The notes under the pieces were generated by a model that was not told the DNA's origin, ran no database searches, and was given only the letters and a program-made list of their open reading frames with translations. A DNA stretch of 54,643 nucleotides, counting the filler, from Jimgerdemannia flammicorona (lineage: Eukaryota): assembly GCA_003990765.1 (NCBI GenBank). It is 3 parts of 3 records of this genome, joined end to end, with 100 filler letters (N's around TTAATTAATTAA, not from the genome) between each part and the next. Parts side by side here need not be neighbours in the genome. Positions count along the whole stretch, not along the records: positions 36,498 to 54,643 come from RBNJ01002289.1; 2 more parts are not named here. The stretch is one strand, 5' to 3'. This document shows, one piece after another, positions 36,498-49,270 of the stretch (positions are counted from its first letter, which is position 1; the number at the start of each line of letters is the position of its first letter). A program made the translations under genes and the position numbers.

Positions 36498-38304
36498 TCC
36501 TGTTCTGATCACACAATGTCCCACACGTTCCCGACAATGCAGCCATTACTCTACCCTGCTCTTCAGCGGCGCCAAAGACCTGCCCAATTTTGAGGCGCTG
36601 CGGTGCCGGTGACGACCATCCTGCACGAGAAAGGGTTGAAGGGGGGGGGCGGCAGAGAAGGGGGTCGAGACGATGAAATTCGCGTTGTAGGTGGGTGGTC
36701 CGGTTTTGGGGGGTTTGGTTTGCAGTTAGTTTGATCGGGGCAACATATGTGTTTGGGGTACGGTGTCCTGGGGGTATGTCCCCGGAAGTTAATTGTTCTC
36801 GTATTCCACGCAGCCACACTACATCCATCAATCTCCAACACCATCTAAAAGATCCGTGCCAACCGCTCCGTGAGCTCAATTCTCTCCAAGCAGCTCGACA
36901 GAACCGACGCCGCCAACTACACAGGCGCTTTCGACCTCAAACCCAGTCCTCGTCCGCAACATTCCGTTCGGCATTTCTTCGTCGCCCTTTGACGCTTGCG
37001 ACACGATTCCTCTTCCATCTCTGTCTATCACCTGCCGCCAGTGTCGAGGTGCAATTGGGATTCAACTGGCAGCACATGAGCAGGTGATAATGTATCGGTT
37101 GTTCTAACTGGGTGGAGCCGCATGAGTGAATCTCCCCATTTTCGTTCATCACGTTTGTTAACCTCTCCGCATTAATCGGATTATGCGCAAGGTCTTCGTA
37201 GAATACGTGACTTCCTGTCCCATTGCGCCTTCTCCTGCAGTACGGTGATGCTTTCCGCTACAAACTCCTTCCAATCGATAACTCCGCGATGGGCGTATCT
37301 GAATTGGCATCACCGCAGATTGACAATGGATGGAATGGAGGCAATCTCACGGTTGCGGTTAACAGATTCTGAATGACGTCTTTTCTTCTAATCTGTTAAT
37401 GAGATGCGGGTTCGTTGCCTAGACGGAAGAGTGGGATATCCATAGTTGCTCTTATTTTTCTGGAGATGAATTTGGGACGGGGTGATCTGCTAGCAGCTTT
37501 GTTGCACAAACTGGAATAAGCCATGGTATATGAATACAAACTATACTGGGAGGGCTGACGTTTCATAGATTATCTGGATCAGACTTTGACGATTATGCCT
37601 CATACACATTCATACACCAATTGACAAAACGCACGGTGCATTAATTGACGGGAGCATGTGCTACAGGATCTAGCAACGAACAAGGGCCGAAGCAATCCAA
37701 GCCATCCATTGGTACTTGGCTGACTTTAGCCGCTCAATGGAAAGAGGCTAATCGTCGCTCAGGGGATAATTTTTCTGTCTCATTACCATATGCAAGCATA
37801 ATTTCATATGAAATGTGTACAACTATGCTTGGTGTGACAGTGCTGACGAAATCCTGTCACAAGATTTCGATGACGTACCCGGCGACACTCCAAAACAGCC
37901 TGCGCCCCTATTCAAACGGACATCATCGACAGATTTAAATGTCCGCACAACACCAGTCGATCGTAATCTTGGCATGGTGTATACATCTTGTTGGATCGCA
38001 ATTACAGGGCTGGACACGATAACTAGTTTCGTTGTGAGGAGATTTATTGTCTCGAATCGTGTAACAACTGAGCCACGTTCTCTGAAAATTTATTCCCACC
38101 CTCAATATCCAGGTTAAAGCTCCTGTTTAACCGTGACATGGTTATCTGGAAGTCAACAGACTTTAATAATTTACATAGAATGGAAGATAATCATATTCCT
38201 TAGTTCTCAGCTATGTGCAGGCCAATTTTCATGATATTTATTTGATTTTTTATATCCAGTTTGTTATAATTATACAATTCAATAAAAAGAATATAAAACC
38301 TTGG

Positions 38305-38337
<33 letters not shown>

Positions 38338-38861
38338 TATAAATCTTTTTTTAATATATTTTTTGAATTGAATAATTTTACAGTCAATCTTATATTTGAA
38401 ACTCTTGTAGGCTAATATGTCCGCAAACTACATGGAAACGGGAGGTAAAAAAAACGACTCATTGGACCAGTGGAATTAGACACATGATGTAATGAAACGA
38501 TTCCAAATTTGGCGAGGCCGCTGCGAGAAGACATGCTCACTCAATTTAAGGTATTCTCGGATTTTCCTCTACCTCTTGGCGCCCTTATCTGACCTATGAA
38601 AAATAATCAGTCACAGTCAGTCCTCGTGTTCTTTTCCCTGGCAGTAACAAACAGCTGGACCATTACCACTAAGGAAAAAAGGAACACCCTCTATGGTGCT
38701 TTTTGAATCTGCTGAATTTGAGGCTTGAGAAGAATATTTTAATACGCATCAGGGGTCTCACAACCTTCAAATCCCCGAAATGTATAAATCTTCTCGGCCT
38801 CGTCTCAATTCCATTCATTATACCTTTCCAGAACGCCCATCATTCATTCAGCAAATCCAAC

Positions 38862-39383
38862 ATGGGCAACATATTCTCTCGTAGGCATGCCTCCAAACCT
38901 CGGTCTCGCCGCATATCGCCTGCAAACAAGGTGTCCCGTCTTAGCCCTATAATGGAGTTATATGGCACGATCATAGCGCGCTTCATCCAGATAACCTACG
39001 ATCAGGTTCTGGTGATGAACCAAACATGCTCCGGCAAATTCGTGGAGATTGATTTGCGGTTCCCAATCTCAGATCCGATGAAACTGGTGGCGGTAACGAC
39101 AAGCGGCACGGCAGATAGTAACAACCGAAAGGAGATGTGGAAGAAGCTCAGATCCGGGGAGCGCAGCGCCTGTGACCGCGCGGACTGGTCAATTTTCTGG
39201 GACTTCGTTGAGGAACGCTTTGCCCAGGTGGGGGTCAACATGGAACGATTCAATTTGGAACTAGTGGCAACGGTGAATAGAGGCCGGTTCAGTGTGACCG
39301 ACGTCATTACAAAGGTGAATCCCCCGGCGTACCCCGACATGCGCTTGATTCGGTTTCAGCTCCAGTATCACGATTTCGAATAG
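38862..39383 (+). CDS. Hypothetical 173-aa protein, candidate N-myristoylated; paralog of 51384-51899
   Basis: Intact single-exon ORF MGNIFSRRH..; aaacATG/caacATG start context in both copies; TATAAA ~80 nt upstream; full-length protein similarity to the paralog. Confidence 0.8.
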   Translation: MGNIFSRRHASKPRSRRISPANKVSRLSPIMELYGTIIARFIQITYDQVLVMNQTCSGKFVEIDLRFPISDPMKLVAVTTSGTADSNNRKEMWKKLRSGERSACDRADWSIFWDFVEERFAQVGVNMERFNLELVATVNRGRFSVTDVITKVNPPAYPDMRLIRFQLQYHDFE

Positions 39384-42300
39384 ATATTTTGTTTGGGACC
39401 ATACGAACCATCCGCCAATTTGACAATAATGCGACTCATTGTAAAGTACAAACAGCGTCACGAACAATTCGCAATACCTTAGAGATCTATAATTATATCT
39501 ATACCGTTCGGCCTTCCCGAACTAAATCCAGAATTCTCTATGTCTCTCTGGCGCTCGCACAGGAAGCGCCATATGTTAAAAATATGTAACACCTGAAATG
39601 TATTTCCAAATATTTGTAAATACGATATGCTTATGGTTAATAATAAACTATGTAACTCTTGGTCGAGTTCATGGCGGGTACTGACTTCATCCGTTGATAT
39701 GCTGTATCTTAAACTTTGCTGTTACGTACATCTGAATTCTTGCGGGGTTACCCGTGATTTGTCACGGTTATTATTTTGTTGCTGACGAAAGTCACTGAGA
39801 TCTATAATCTATTAGCTGTTAGCCGCGGCCAGGAAGGTTGAGCTTGTTGAGTTGTATGCGCGTTCTTCTGCCTTCGCTGAGTTGAACCATGTTTGATTTG
39901 ATTTGATTGCCCTAACCGAATTTCGTTCGGACGACAATAGAAGGGAGTGTTTTTATTACGGAGAGGCAATCGCAATCTTGATCCAAGATCGTCGGCAATA
40001 ACGATAGCGAGGGAAGTAGCTCGTTTATATTTCTGCGATTCGGCCAACCCATCCGCAAAACCCGATACCCAGCGCGGCGATACCCGCGTTGGCCGAGTCG
40101 GGCCTGGTTACGGAGCACTAAATGCACATGATACATAAGACAACTAGCAAAATAAGCGTATTAATCCGCTAAGATCTTTCTACATGATTGGTGGCATATT
40201 AACCCCATTTCCACGTCGTTTTAAAAGTTTACTATCCCTTCGCAGTTGCAAGATTACAGTTGTTATCATCCCTGCAGGTTCCAAGGACAAGATATTTTAT
40301 GCCGTCGATGGTGGGATAGGCTTAGTGTCATTTTCATTCCAATAGTCTGTTTGTAAGAAAATACCACAAGCTTAAAGGATCAAAATAATTCAAACGCGCG
40401 AATTCCTCGACCAAAGGATCTGGAGGGATCCTGACCTAAAACTATTAGCCACCGGCCAAGGAAAAACCGCAGAGCTACGATTATCAGCTGAGCGTCTGAC
40501 GTCCACAAATCGTGAATGGATTATTTGAAATTGGGTTCGGAGTTTGATCTAAAGGTCGGGATCGGGCCCATTCGGAGCTCCACTCCGTAAATTCCATGTA
40601 GACTGTACAGCACATGTTCTCGTTACGTTTTTCGGTGCGAATGTATACAAAGGTTAACACCGTGTCACTTTCAGGCGCTGAACGGTGCATCTGAGGACTC
40701 CGAATAAATGAGCTAATTTTGCGCGTGCGAGGGATACTGCCGTCACTATTAAGTGCCAGTTTGTGTCGAAAAATCCCTCATATAACAGATATCCGTGATG
40801 TATTACATTATCATTTAATTATGAACTACATCTCATGTAATTGTATTCAATTATGCTATTCGTATGGATAACCGATCGATATAATCAACTCTCGGGCTTC
40901 GATGTCTAATGTTGTTAACCACCTTCACGCTCAATTACGTGACGCGGTCACTCTCGAAATAAACTTCGGTCTGGGAGTGGGCGCGGTGTCGTGTGTATCG
41001 CCATTATCCCGTTTCTTGGCAGCAGCACGCTTCTTTCCTCTTTTGGTAATCATTTCCTCTGGGTGCCGGCCATCGGACAATGAATTTAGCACAAATTGGT
41101 CAAAGTTGTGGACACCGAAATATTGGGACTGGCCGCTAAGGATTAAATGCGTATCACCCAACGAGAGTGTACTGGATAAGGGCCGACCGGACGAGTTTGC
41201 TATCCGTATGGAGAAACCGCCCTTGCGATATCGACATCAAAATAAAAAACCCAAAAAAACACCACGTTTGTTTGTACTTTTTGGAATGTCATCCAAGTTT
41301 ACTGGGCAAATTAACCTGGGAGGCAAATATACTTAATTAGTGTACAATGGAAATGGTTCCCGAACTAATAAATCCCGGCGCACGCGTTTGAAAAGGCGGC
41401 GACAATTTCCTAATTCGCCTAGGCACATGGACATGAAGAGTGTGATTCGTTCGTTATGAGTTTGCGGGACCTTTATACAATTCGTCCGTGGTTCGTTCAA
41501 CGACAAGGTCAATCCTCTTTCGGCTAGCCTTCCAATAATATGCAAATTTACCAAATCCACGGCGACATCCAATGCCGAGGTTGTGTTGACGAATATGAAT
41601 ATTTAAATGTTCTCGGTGTGTTTCTTGATTTGGCCAGTGCATTTGGCCAGGGCACAGTTCCGATTACCTTTTAAATATGCTTATATATTAACTTTAACGG
41701 AAGCTATTACATGCACGGCTCTTCTTGCCGTGTGTTTCCCAAAGCTTCGGCTACTTAATTAAATGGCAAGTCACAAGCGTTTCGTTGTACTGCGTTGTTC
41801 CCCCGCTATGATTCCCCTCAGATTACACTCTCTGCTAATTACTATTCCTGGGTATCAGCCACGTGCAATTTTCGGCCGCAGTCTCCGATCCAGCTCAATG
41901 TGGTCTAGTTCACCATCTTCACACATTATCTCCGTGTCCTTTACAAAATACCCCTCTAGTGTATTTATCGGTCCACTAGACGCCGTCACCCCCTGCGACT
42001 TGCTACCCATATTTAGGCCCTCCACGTAATGGAACCTGATTCGCCAGTTCAAGAAACCAGGTTCAGAGGTGATCCATCATCCTTGACTTGTTGGTGCTAT
42101 CCACTTGGATTCCCACGTGTTCGCATTATCGTTGAGTTAGGGGGGGTGGGAGGGGGGAGTTCCACCAGACCAGTAATTTTCTTAAAGAGTTATACAGTTG
42201 ATGTTGGATTCAATTATTCATCAAAGGCCCTATGGAGAGATCTGGCGGAATACCATATTGATGCAAAATGAGGTGCATTAGCTTGTAGAACTAGTCATGG

Positions 42301-42522
42301 ATTAGATGGATCAAATGAATATTTTTAAAAGCACATGGTTCTGTTGGGATATGCATAAGCAACCCAAAATCTATTATTCTATGTTACCCATTTGTGGCTT
42401 GTACAAAATGCTTACGCCATAAACAATCAACACGCGCAAAAGCGCATTATTTATCCTCTGAATAAAGTGCCGCTCTGGTTTACGATCTCAACAGGTTCTG
42501 TAAAGTCGTGGAGATGGCGAGG

Positions 42523-45500
42523 ACTAGTTCTCTTGCTTTCTCTTTGCTTTGAATGATTTTGATCTGAGGTTTATTCACTATAGATATTGAGGATATTTAT
42601 ATAAGTTTACTAGCTATAAGGTGGCTAAGTAATAACTATGTTTCCTGTAAGTCACAAGTGTTAATCCTTGATATCTGCTAAATCTTTGATGATCATTACA
42701 ACTTCCTTCTGAATAGATAATTTGTCTCTAAAACATCCTATTCACTCAAACTCCCAAGCTTTTATAATTTGTATCTTCTTATACTATACAATCTATATCA
42801 TTATGTTCTCTCAATAGTATCTCTTAATGTATCCAAAGTCTTCTGAGACTACTTCTCAGAAATAGACTAGAGCTGGTACATTGTCTTTGAACAACTTATT
42901 AACTTATTTGGTAATTGTGATCTGAGTATAAGAGAGCTTGATCTAGTCTTCTTTTTTCATCTCTGGCTATGAGTTTAGTAGTTATTCCAACTTGAAGTAT
43001 TCTTGAAACTCAGTTCAGTTCTAGTAAGCTTTGAAATATAAGATTTATGATAAGTGTATCTGGACTATACTCTTGATACTGTCAAAGAATTCTTCCATAA
43101 TTAGTAGTTCAGTAGTATATCATTATCTTTCTATAACTCATTATATAGCACTAGAGATCTTGAGGGCTGCAGTAGTACTTTATTGATTAGCCATAATACT
43201 TCTTGAGTCAGTTTTAGTAAATAGTAGTAGGGATAATTGTGTCTAAGAGTTTTTATAACCAAAAGGTGGTTTTTTTTATATCTTGCACCAAGTAATAGTC
43301 CTTCTCACTTAGGCTCCAGCTTTCATAACCATGAAGCTTATACTATATTTTGATATTTCAGGACTTTGTCTCCTATCTTGATAATATCCAGAGACTTGTG
43401 AATCTTTTCTGCATTATTCTATTATAGTGCCTGTGCCTTGATTATATAATCCTTAGCCTTTTTCCTAATTTGGTATAGTCTCTATATCTCTATTTTTACA
43501 TATTTCCATATTGTATCTTTATTGGACAATAAGGTTTCTTGAGAACTTTCTTCTCTAAACAGTATTTCTTAAGGGGTGAAATGGGTGCTCTGTGATCAGA
43601 TATTCTGAGGAGTAGATAATACTAATAGCAGATAGTAATTTCAGTTTTTGTAATTATTGCAGATCTTGACAATGATATTTTTAAAAGTCTTATTAGTTCT
43701 TTCTATTTATCCATTTTCCTGAGAGTGATAAGTTATAGTCTGAATATGCTAGATCTTATACTTCTTATAGAGAACCTTAAGGAACTAGTTCACCAATTCT
43801 ATTCCTCTGTCTGTAGTTACTTGTAATGGAATCTTGAATTAGCAGATGAATTCTTTATACATAGAAGAAATCAGTAATTAACTATATATTGATATCTTTG
43901 AGAAGTCCTGCCTCTATCTATTTTATGAAAAGGTCTATGATGATAATAATATATCAGTTGCCAGTTAAAGTCAAGGGTAGAGGACTAATTATATTTATTA
44001 TAATGTGTGCAAAGGGTATTAATTCTATGTATACTGGTCCAGGATTTTGATTTTGTTGGTCTTATTTCTGTTTCTGATATTTGTTACTTATCTTGATAAA
44101 TTATCTGATATCTTTCTCTATTCCTGACCACTATATTGTTCTTCTTACTTTATTATATATATTTGTTTCTCCTAGATAAATAAGTTAGTATACTGATTTC
44201 ATTACTTACTCCTTCTTATATTTAGATATAACTAGTAGCTTTCCTTTCTTCAGTATTTCTCTATCAGTTTCAAATTATTTCTATATTCTGTTGATAATCA
44301 TTTACATCTATTCTTCTAGATATTGGGGCATCTTTCACTGTCTCAGATAGGTAATAATTCTGTAGTAAAGTTTCTTATTTATGGTTGATTTACTGATTAG
44401 TAGTCCTTTAGAGTATCTATGAGAGGGTATCTGTATTGGTATTAGTTCTTTTGGGGCAGTATACAATGGTTGCATTATAAGCTTATAACTTCATAATCTA
44501 TCTAATATAGATTCCTTTGGATTGCCCAGTGGTCAGTAGCTGAGTGATCAGTCTGAATGATAAAGTGTCTTCCTACAAGATAGTAGTGGAACTTCTCTAT
44601 AGCCCAGATGACTGCAAGATATTTCAACTTATAGAATTTATACTTTTTTTCAACTTCTCAGATTCCTTAGCTGAGATATGTAATTATATATTCTACTTTG
44701 TCTTTCTTCTGAACCAGAACTACTTCTAGTCCTTATGTACTTATACATATCTGTCTACAGAATAAATTTCTGAGTCCAATTTGGTCTTCTGAGGATGGGT
44801 GCTTGGGTCAGCCTGATCTTGAGCTCATCAAATGCTTTCTGTTGCCTGCCAGTCTATTGGAACTTAATATCCTTCTTATTGAGTTCATAGATTGGTCCTA
44901 TAATATTGAAAAATTCTTTGATAAATCTGCAGTAGTAAGAGGTAAGTCCTAAGAAGACTTGGGCTTCAGTAACTATAGTAGACCCTACTACTGCTTGAAT
45001 CTTGAGAGAGTCCATATATATTTCATCTCAATTAATAATATGGTCAAGATAGGAGATCTTGATTTCTGCAAACATGCACTTCTTGGGCTTGATGTAAATA
45101 CTATAATTTCTTAGCTTCTCTATCATCTGCTGGATGTGCTGCAGATGTTCATCTAGTGTCTTACTATAGATGATAATATATCTATATAAACTATCATCTA
45201 TCTTCTTATTTCATAGTAAAAGATTTTATTTATCATTTACTGAAAGCTTGCTAGTACATTGTAATTCTAAATGGCATTTGCAGATAAACATAGGTTCTAT
45301 CTAGAGTGATAAAGGTTGATTTTTCACTTGCTACTTCTGTGAGGCTGATTTGAATATAAGTTTAAGATACTGTAGTACTATACTTCACCTCTTAAGGTTA
45401 TAAGAATATTACTAATGAGGGGCAGTAACTAGTAATCCTTTTTTGTAACCAGGTTGAGCTTTTTGTAATCAGTGTAGAGCCTTGGAGTGAATTCTCCTAA

Positions 45501-48500
45501 CTTGTTTCCTTTTTTCAGGACTAGTATAACTGGTGAAGACTAAGAACTGCTGGCTTTTTTTGATGATACTGACTTCTTTTATCTGCTTGATTTCTGCTCT
45601 GAGCCATTCATAGTTGGCTGATAGTATTGGCCTTGCTTTTTGGTAGATTGGTTCAGTGTCTCTTATGTATATTTATATTATAATAGTATTGTGAAATCTT
45701 TCTCTTAATATTCTTGAAGTCTGTGACTAAAATATTCTCAAATTTATAGAGTATCTTCTTGAGTTCCTTCTTGAGTGAGAATTCATCTCCAATGATATAG
45801 CTATACTTATTTGTAGTTCTCTTCTTCTTGTGATTCAGTTCAGTAATCTTGGTACTAGTGAATACTCCTCTTTCTGTAGATCTAAATCTCTTTTTTTCTC
45901 TTTCTGTTTCTTTCAACTTCTTAACTTCTATGATCTTTAGCTGAAGAACTAGGAAGATCAACATCTATATCAATCAGTTCTTCTTCTTGATTGGAAATGG
46001 GATTATAGAGTTATGGTTCTTAGTAATAAGTAGTATCTCTCCAATATAATTCAAATCAATGACTCCTCCTTCAATTATAATCTCACTTAGCCAGGCTACT
46101 TCTTGTCTTAAGGATTCCAACATAGTCTTTTGGATTGGTCAGCTCTAGACTAGTTGCTAATAGTTATATGGAGCTTGAGTATAGTTTCTTCTACCATAGT
46201 GATATCTATTCCAGCTACATTTTCTGACTTGTATTCTGATAGAACTATATCAGAGTAGATCTTCTAAATCTTGACCTTGATTTCTTCTTTGTCATCACTG
46301 TCTTCCAGGAGGGCTGGTAGTTTGTCATCCTCTTCTTTCTCTTTCTCTTCTCTTGCCTGCTTTTCAAGAGCCTTCTGTCTTTTTTTATAGTAGATCTTCT
46401 TAATACTACTGATATACTGATAGCTATCATTGACATACTCCATATAGTACATCTTGATTCCATGGAGGCAGACTCCTTGTGGTATATATTCTTCTATAAT
46501 CTTTGTACCAGTTCTCTTCACTGATCCATCTAACCTTCTTCTTCTATTTCTAAATAGTCACTATATAGGCTTCCTCTTGCTTGCTTTCTTCTTTCTCCAT
46601 CTCAGGCAGTACTCTTTTGTTAACATTGATGGGGATTTGTATCTTCTGATCTCAGTAGATGATCTGTATCTTCTGAGCATTTAGATCAATTATTGCTCTG
46701 ACATTATAAAGCCACTGGTTACTGATAAGGATATTATAGTTCATTATATTAGTTCCAATGATATCTACTGGAATAGTTACTCCTCTAAACTTGATAGGAA
46801 CATTCTGGATCTTTCCTAGAGGTGTGGCTCTTATACCATCTGCTGTTATAAATACTAATTTGATTGCTTCTTCAATCTCCCAACCTAGATAGTCTACTGT
46901 TTTTTTACTGAGAAGACATCCTCCTGCTTCAGTATCAATAATAGCTTTGAAGATTCTATCTTCAATCAGACAGGTTGCATAGGTAGAGGTCTTGCAATTA
47001 TCTTCACTTTCTTCTCTTGAGTCTTCTTGAATATTGTTGACCTAGGTTATCTTCCAACCTTACTCCTTAGTTATCTTAATAAGTCTAAATCTCATTTACT
47101 ATCTGAACCTGGGTATTTCCACCAGCTGGCCAAAGTTGTATTGACCTTTTGTTAGCTGAGATCCTTGAAGATATCATATTTGAAGGTCTTGGTTTTGCAA
47201 TACTTTCTTTTCTTTTTTTCCTTCACTGGCTAGAACTAGAGTAGTTCCTCAGATAATATCTTAAACTACTTGCTCCAGCTCCATATCTTGATCTATTTCT
47301 TCAGCTTGATTTTCTATAGCAGTTTCTATCAGTTTCTTTACTAGATTCTTCTTGGATCTTTCTGATGGTCTCTTGTAGGGTTGCTTGTAGACATCCTTTC
47401 TGATAGTTTCAGCAGAGTAGGCATTCTATTCTTCTTCATCTGATTCTCTAATCTCCTTATAGATAATAGTATTGGCCTGTTCCTTATTTTGAGTAATATT
47501 GCTTAACTAGATCTTACACTTGATTTTGCTCATATATTCATAAGTAGTGGCTTCTTCTCCACAGGTTTAGCAGGTATCTTTCTTCTTGACTGAGGTAGTG
47601 GTAAACTTCTGAACTAGGTGGCAGTCTCTTTCTTTAATTTCTTTTATTATATCTCCTAGATGAGTAGTTATTTTGGCAAACTTCTTAGCAAGTTCCTCCA
47701 TAAGATCACTATTTCTCTATTGCTCTATAGCTTTTGGCTGAAGTGTATTCCAATTGATCACTATGATAGAGATCATGATAGTTGTCTTAAGTGCTTCAAT
47801 TCTAACTCCAGTGACTCTTTCCATTATATAGTCTTATAGCTGTCTAGCTATCCAGTATTACTAGATATAGGTGATCTTTTGTACTAAATCTAGGACTACT
47901 GGTGATAAGTAGATGACCAAGGCTATCTCTGGATAGACTTTCTTCATAAAGGTTACTTCTGCTACTTAATCTCAGATGGAGGCAGTATAGTCTATAAGAA
48001 TTATCTGATATCAGATTCTGGTGTAGAATGTATTCAGATCTTACTCATTTCTTGATATATTATATTGAGCTAATCCTTTAGGGCTTACTTGATCTTATCT
48101 ATATAGTAGGTGATTTGAAGCTAGACTTTCTATACTGCTAGCATGATATTATTATTATTTCTCACATAGGTTGTAGCTGTGAATGCTGCTCTTGCTGAGC
48201 CTCAGAGACTGAAGAGTATGAGGGCTACTTATTGTCTTACTGTCAGGGTCCTTATAGCAGTATATTGCTCAAAATTATCAATAAAGATAATGATTGATTC
48301 ATCTGAAGTATATCTATAGAATACTAGTGGTCTCATATCTATCTTATCTGAATATTTTGATTTGATTTATATAGTTGTTTGAGCAGTAGTTATTTAGCTT
48401 AAAAGTGAGAGATTTATCTTAAATCACTAGTTAATAGATACTAAGTTGTAATGTAGTAGATATATAACTATATAAGTATATCAGATTTCTATATCTTAAA

Positions 48501-48940
48501 AACTTAATCTTCTTTGACTCTGCAGAGTCCTTGGGATGTAGGGGTAGGTGAGTTTGAAGTATATATATCTGCCTATAGACTTACTAGTTCTCTTGCTTTC
48601 TCTTTACTTTGAACTATTTCAATTCTAGGTTTATTCACTCTAGATACTGGAGATATTTATACAAGTTTACTAGCTATAAGATGGCTAAGTTATGACTATG
48701 TTTTCTATGAGTCATAAGTATTAATTCTTAATATCTACTAAATCTTTGAAAATTATCAAAACTTTAACATCTGCAAATACTTTAACATTTGTGAATACTT
48801 TAACATCTATTAAAGTTTTTACATTTGTGAATTATAACTACTATTTGTAGGGCCATGCTATATTTGAAAATCAGATTCAGGTACTATAATCAAATGTCTA
48901 TTCTCTTAATTCATATTTCTAATTCAGATTAACTATTATA
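42523..48940 (-). mobile_element. Ty3/gypsy family B copy B1, near full length, degraded
   Basis: LTRs at ~48583-48940 and 42523-42700 (shorter); PPT agaaggaag. Order: gag with knuckle (~47550), protease AIIDTEAG (~46940), dUTPase, RT (KPKKCMF, FLGLTSYY), RNase H, integrase (KLEPK.EGLLL, GPY-like). Confidence 0.9.
45870..46280 (-). pseudogene. dut: dUTPase domain of family-B pol (between PR and RT)
   Basis: Minus strand: NVAGIDI, KTRSSLAK, IEGGVIDLNYIGEI, ETEREKKRFRST (eroded RGxxGFGST). Confidence 0.85.
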
Positions 48941-48944
48941 CTAG

Positions 48945-49270
48945 TTATAATTTTAAAGAAATATTATAGTAATAATCTTACAAAACAAATTTCTATTTTA
49001 AAATATATATAATTTATATTAAATTTTCTTATTTTATAAATATTCCATATATTATATATTATATTAAATATATTTAATAATAATTATATAAAACAAACTA
49101 ATTTACAAATTTATAAATATATTTTATTATATAATTTTAAGAGTCTATTTTTATATTTTTAATAATTTTTTTATATATAAATTAAGTAGTTTAATATAAA
49201 ATGGGAAATATAATTCTTTTAATATCTTTATAGTAATTAACTATTACTGATCTTTATGTGTACTTCAAAA
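48945..49270. repeat. Extremely AT-rich relic repeat, unclassified
   Basis: Almost no G or C, adjacent to the B1 LTR. Confidence 0.4.

Noticed and set aside
37500..38117. Coding-like stretch (IHTPIDKTHG..YNYAWCDSADEILSQDFDD)
   Set aside because: Several stops, no recognisable domain and no consistent splice model; may be a pseudogene but cannot be supported.
38862..39383. HORMA-like fold for the orphan pair
   Set aside because: Only a vague resemblance in one helix; not supportable without a profile or structure search.
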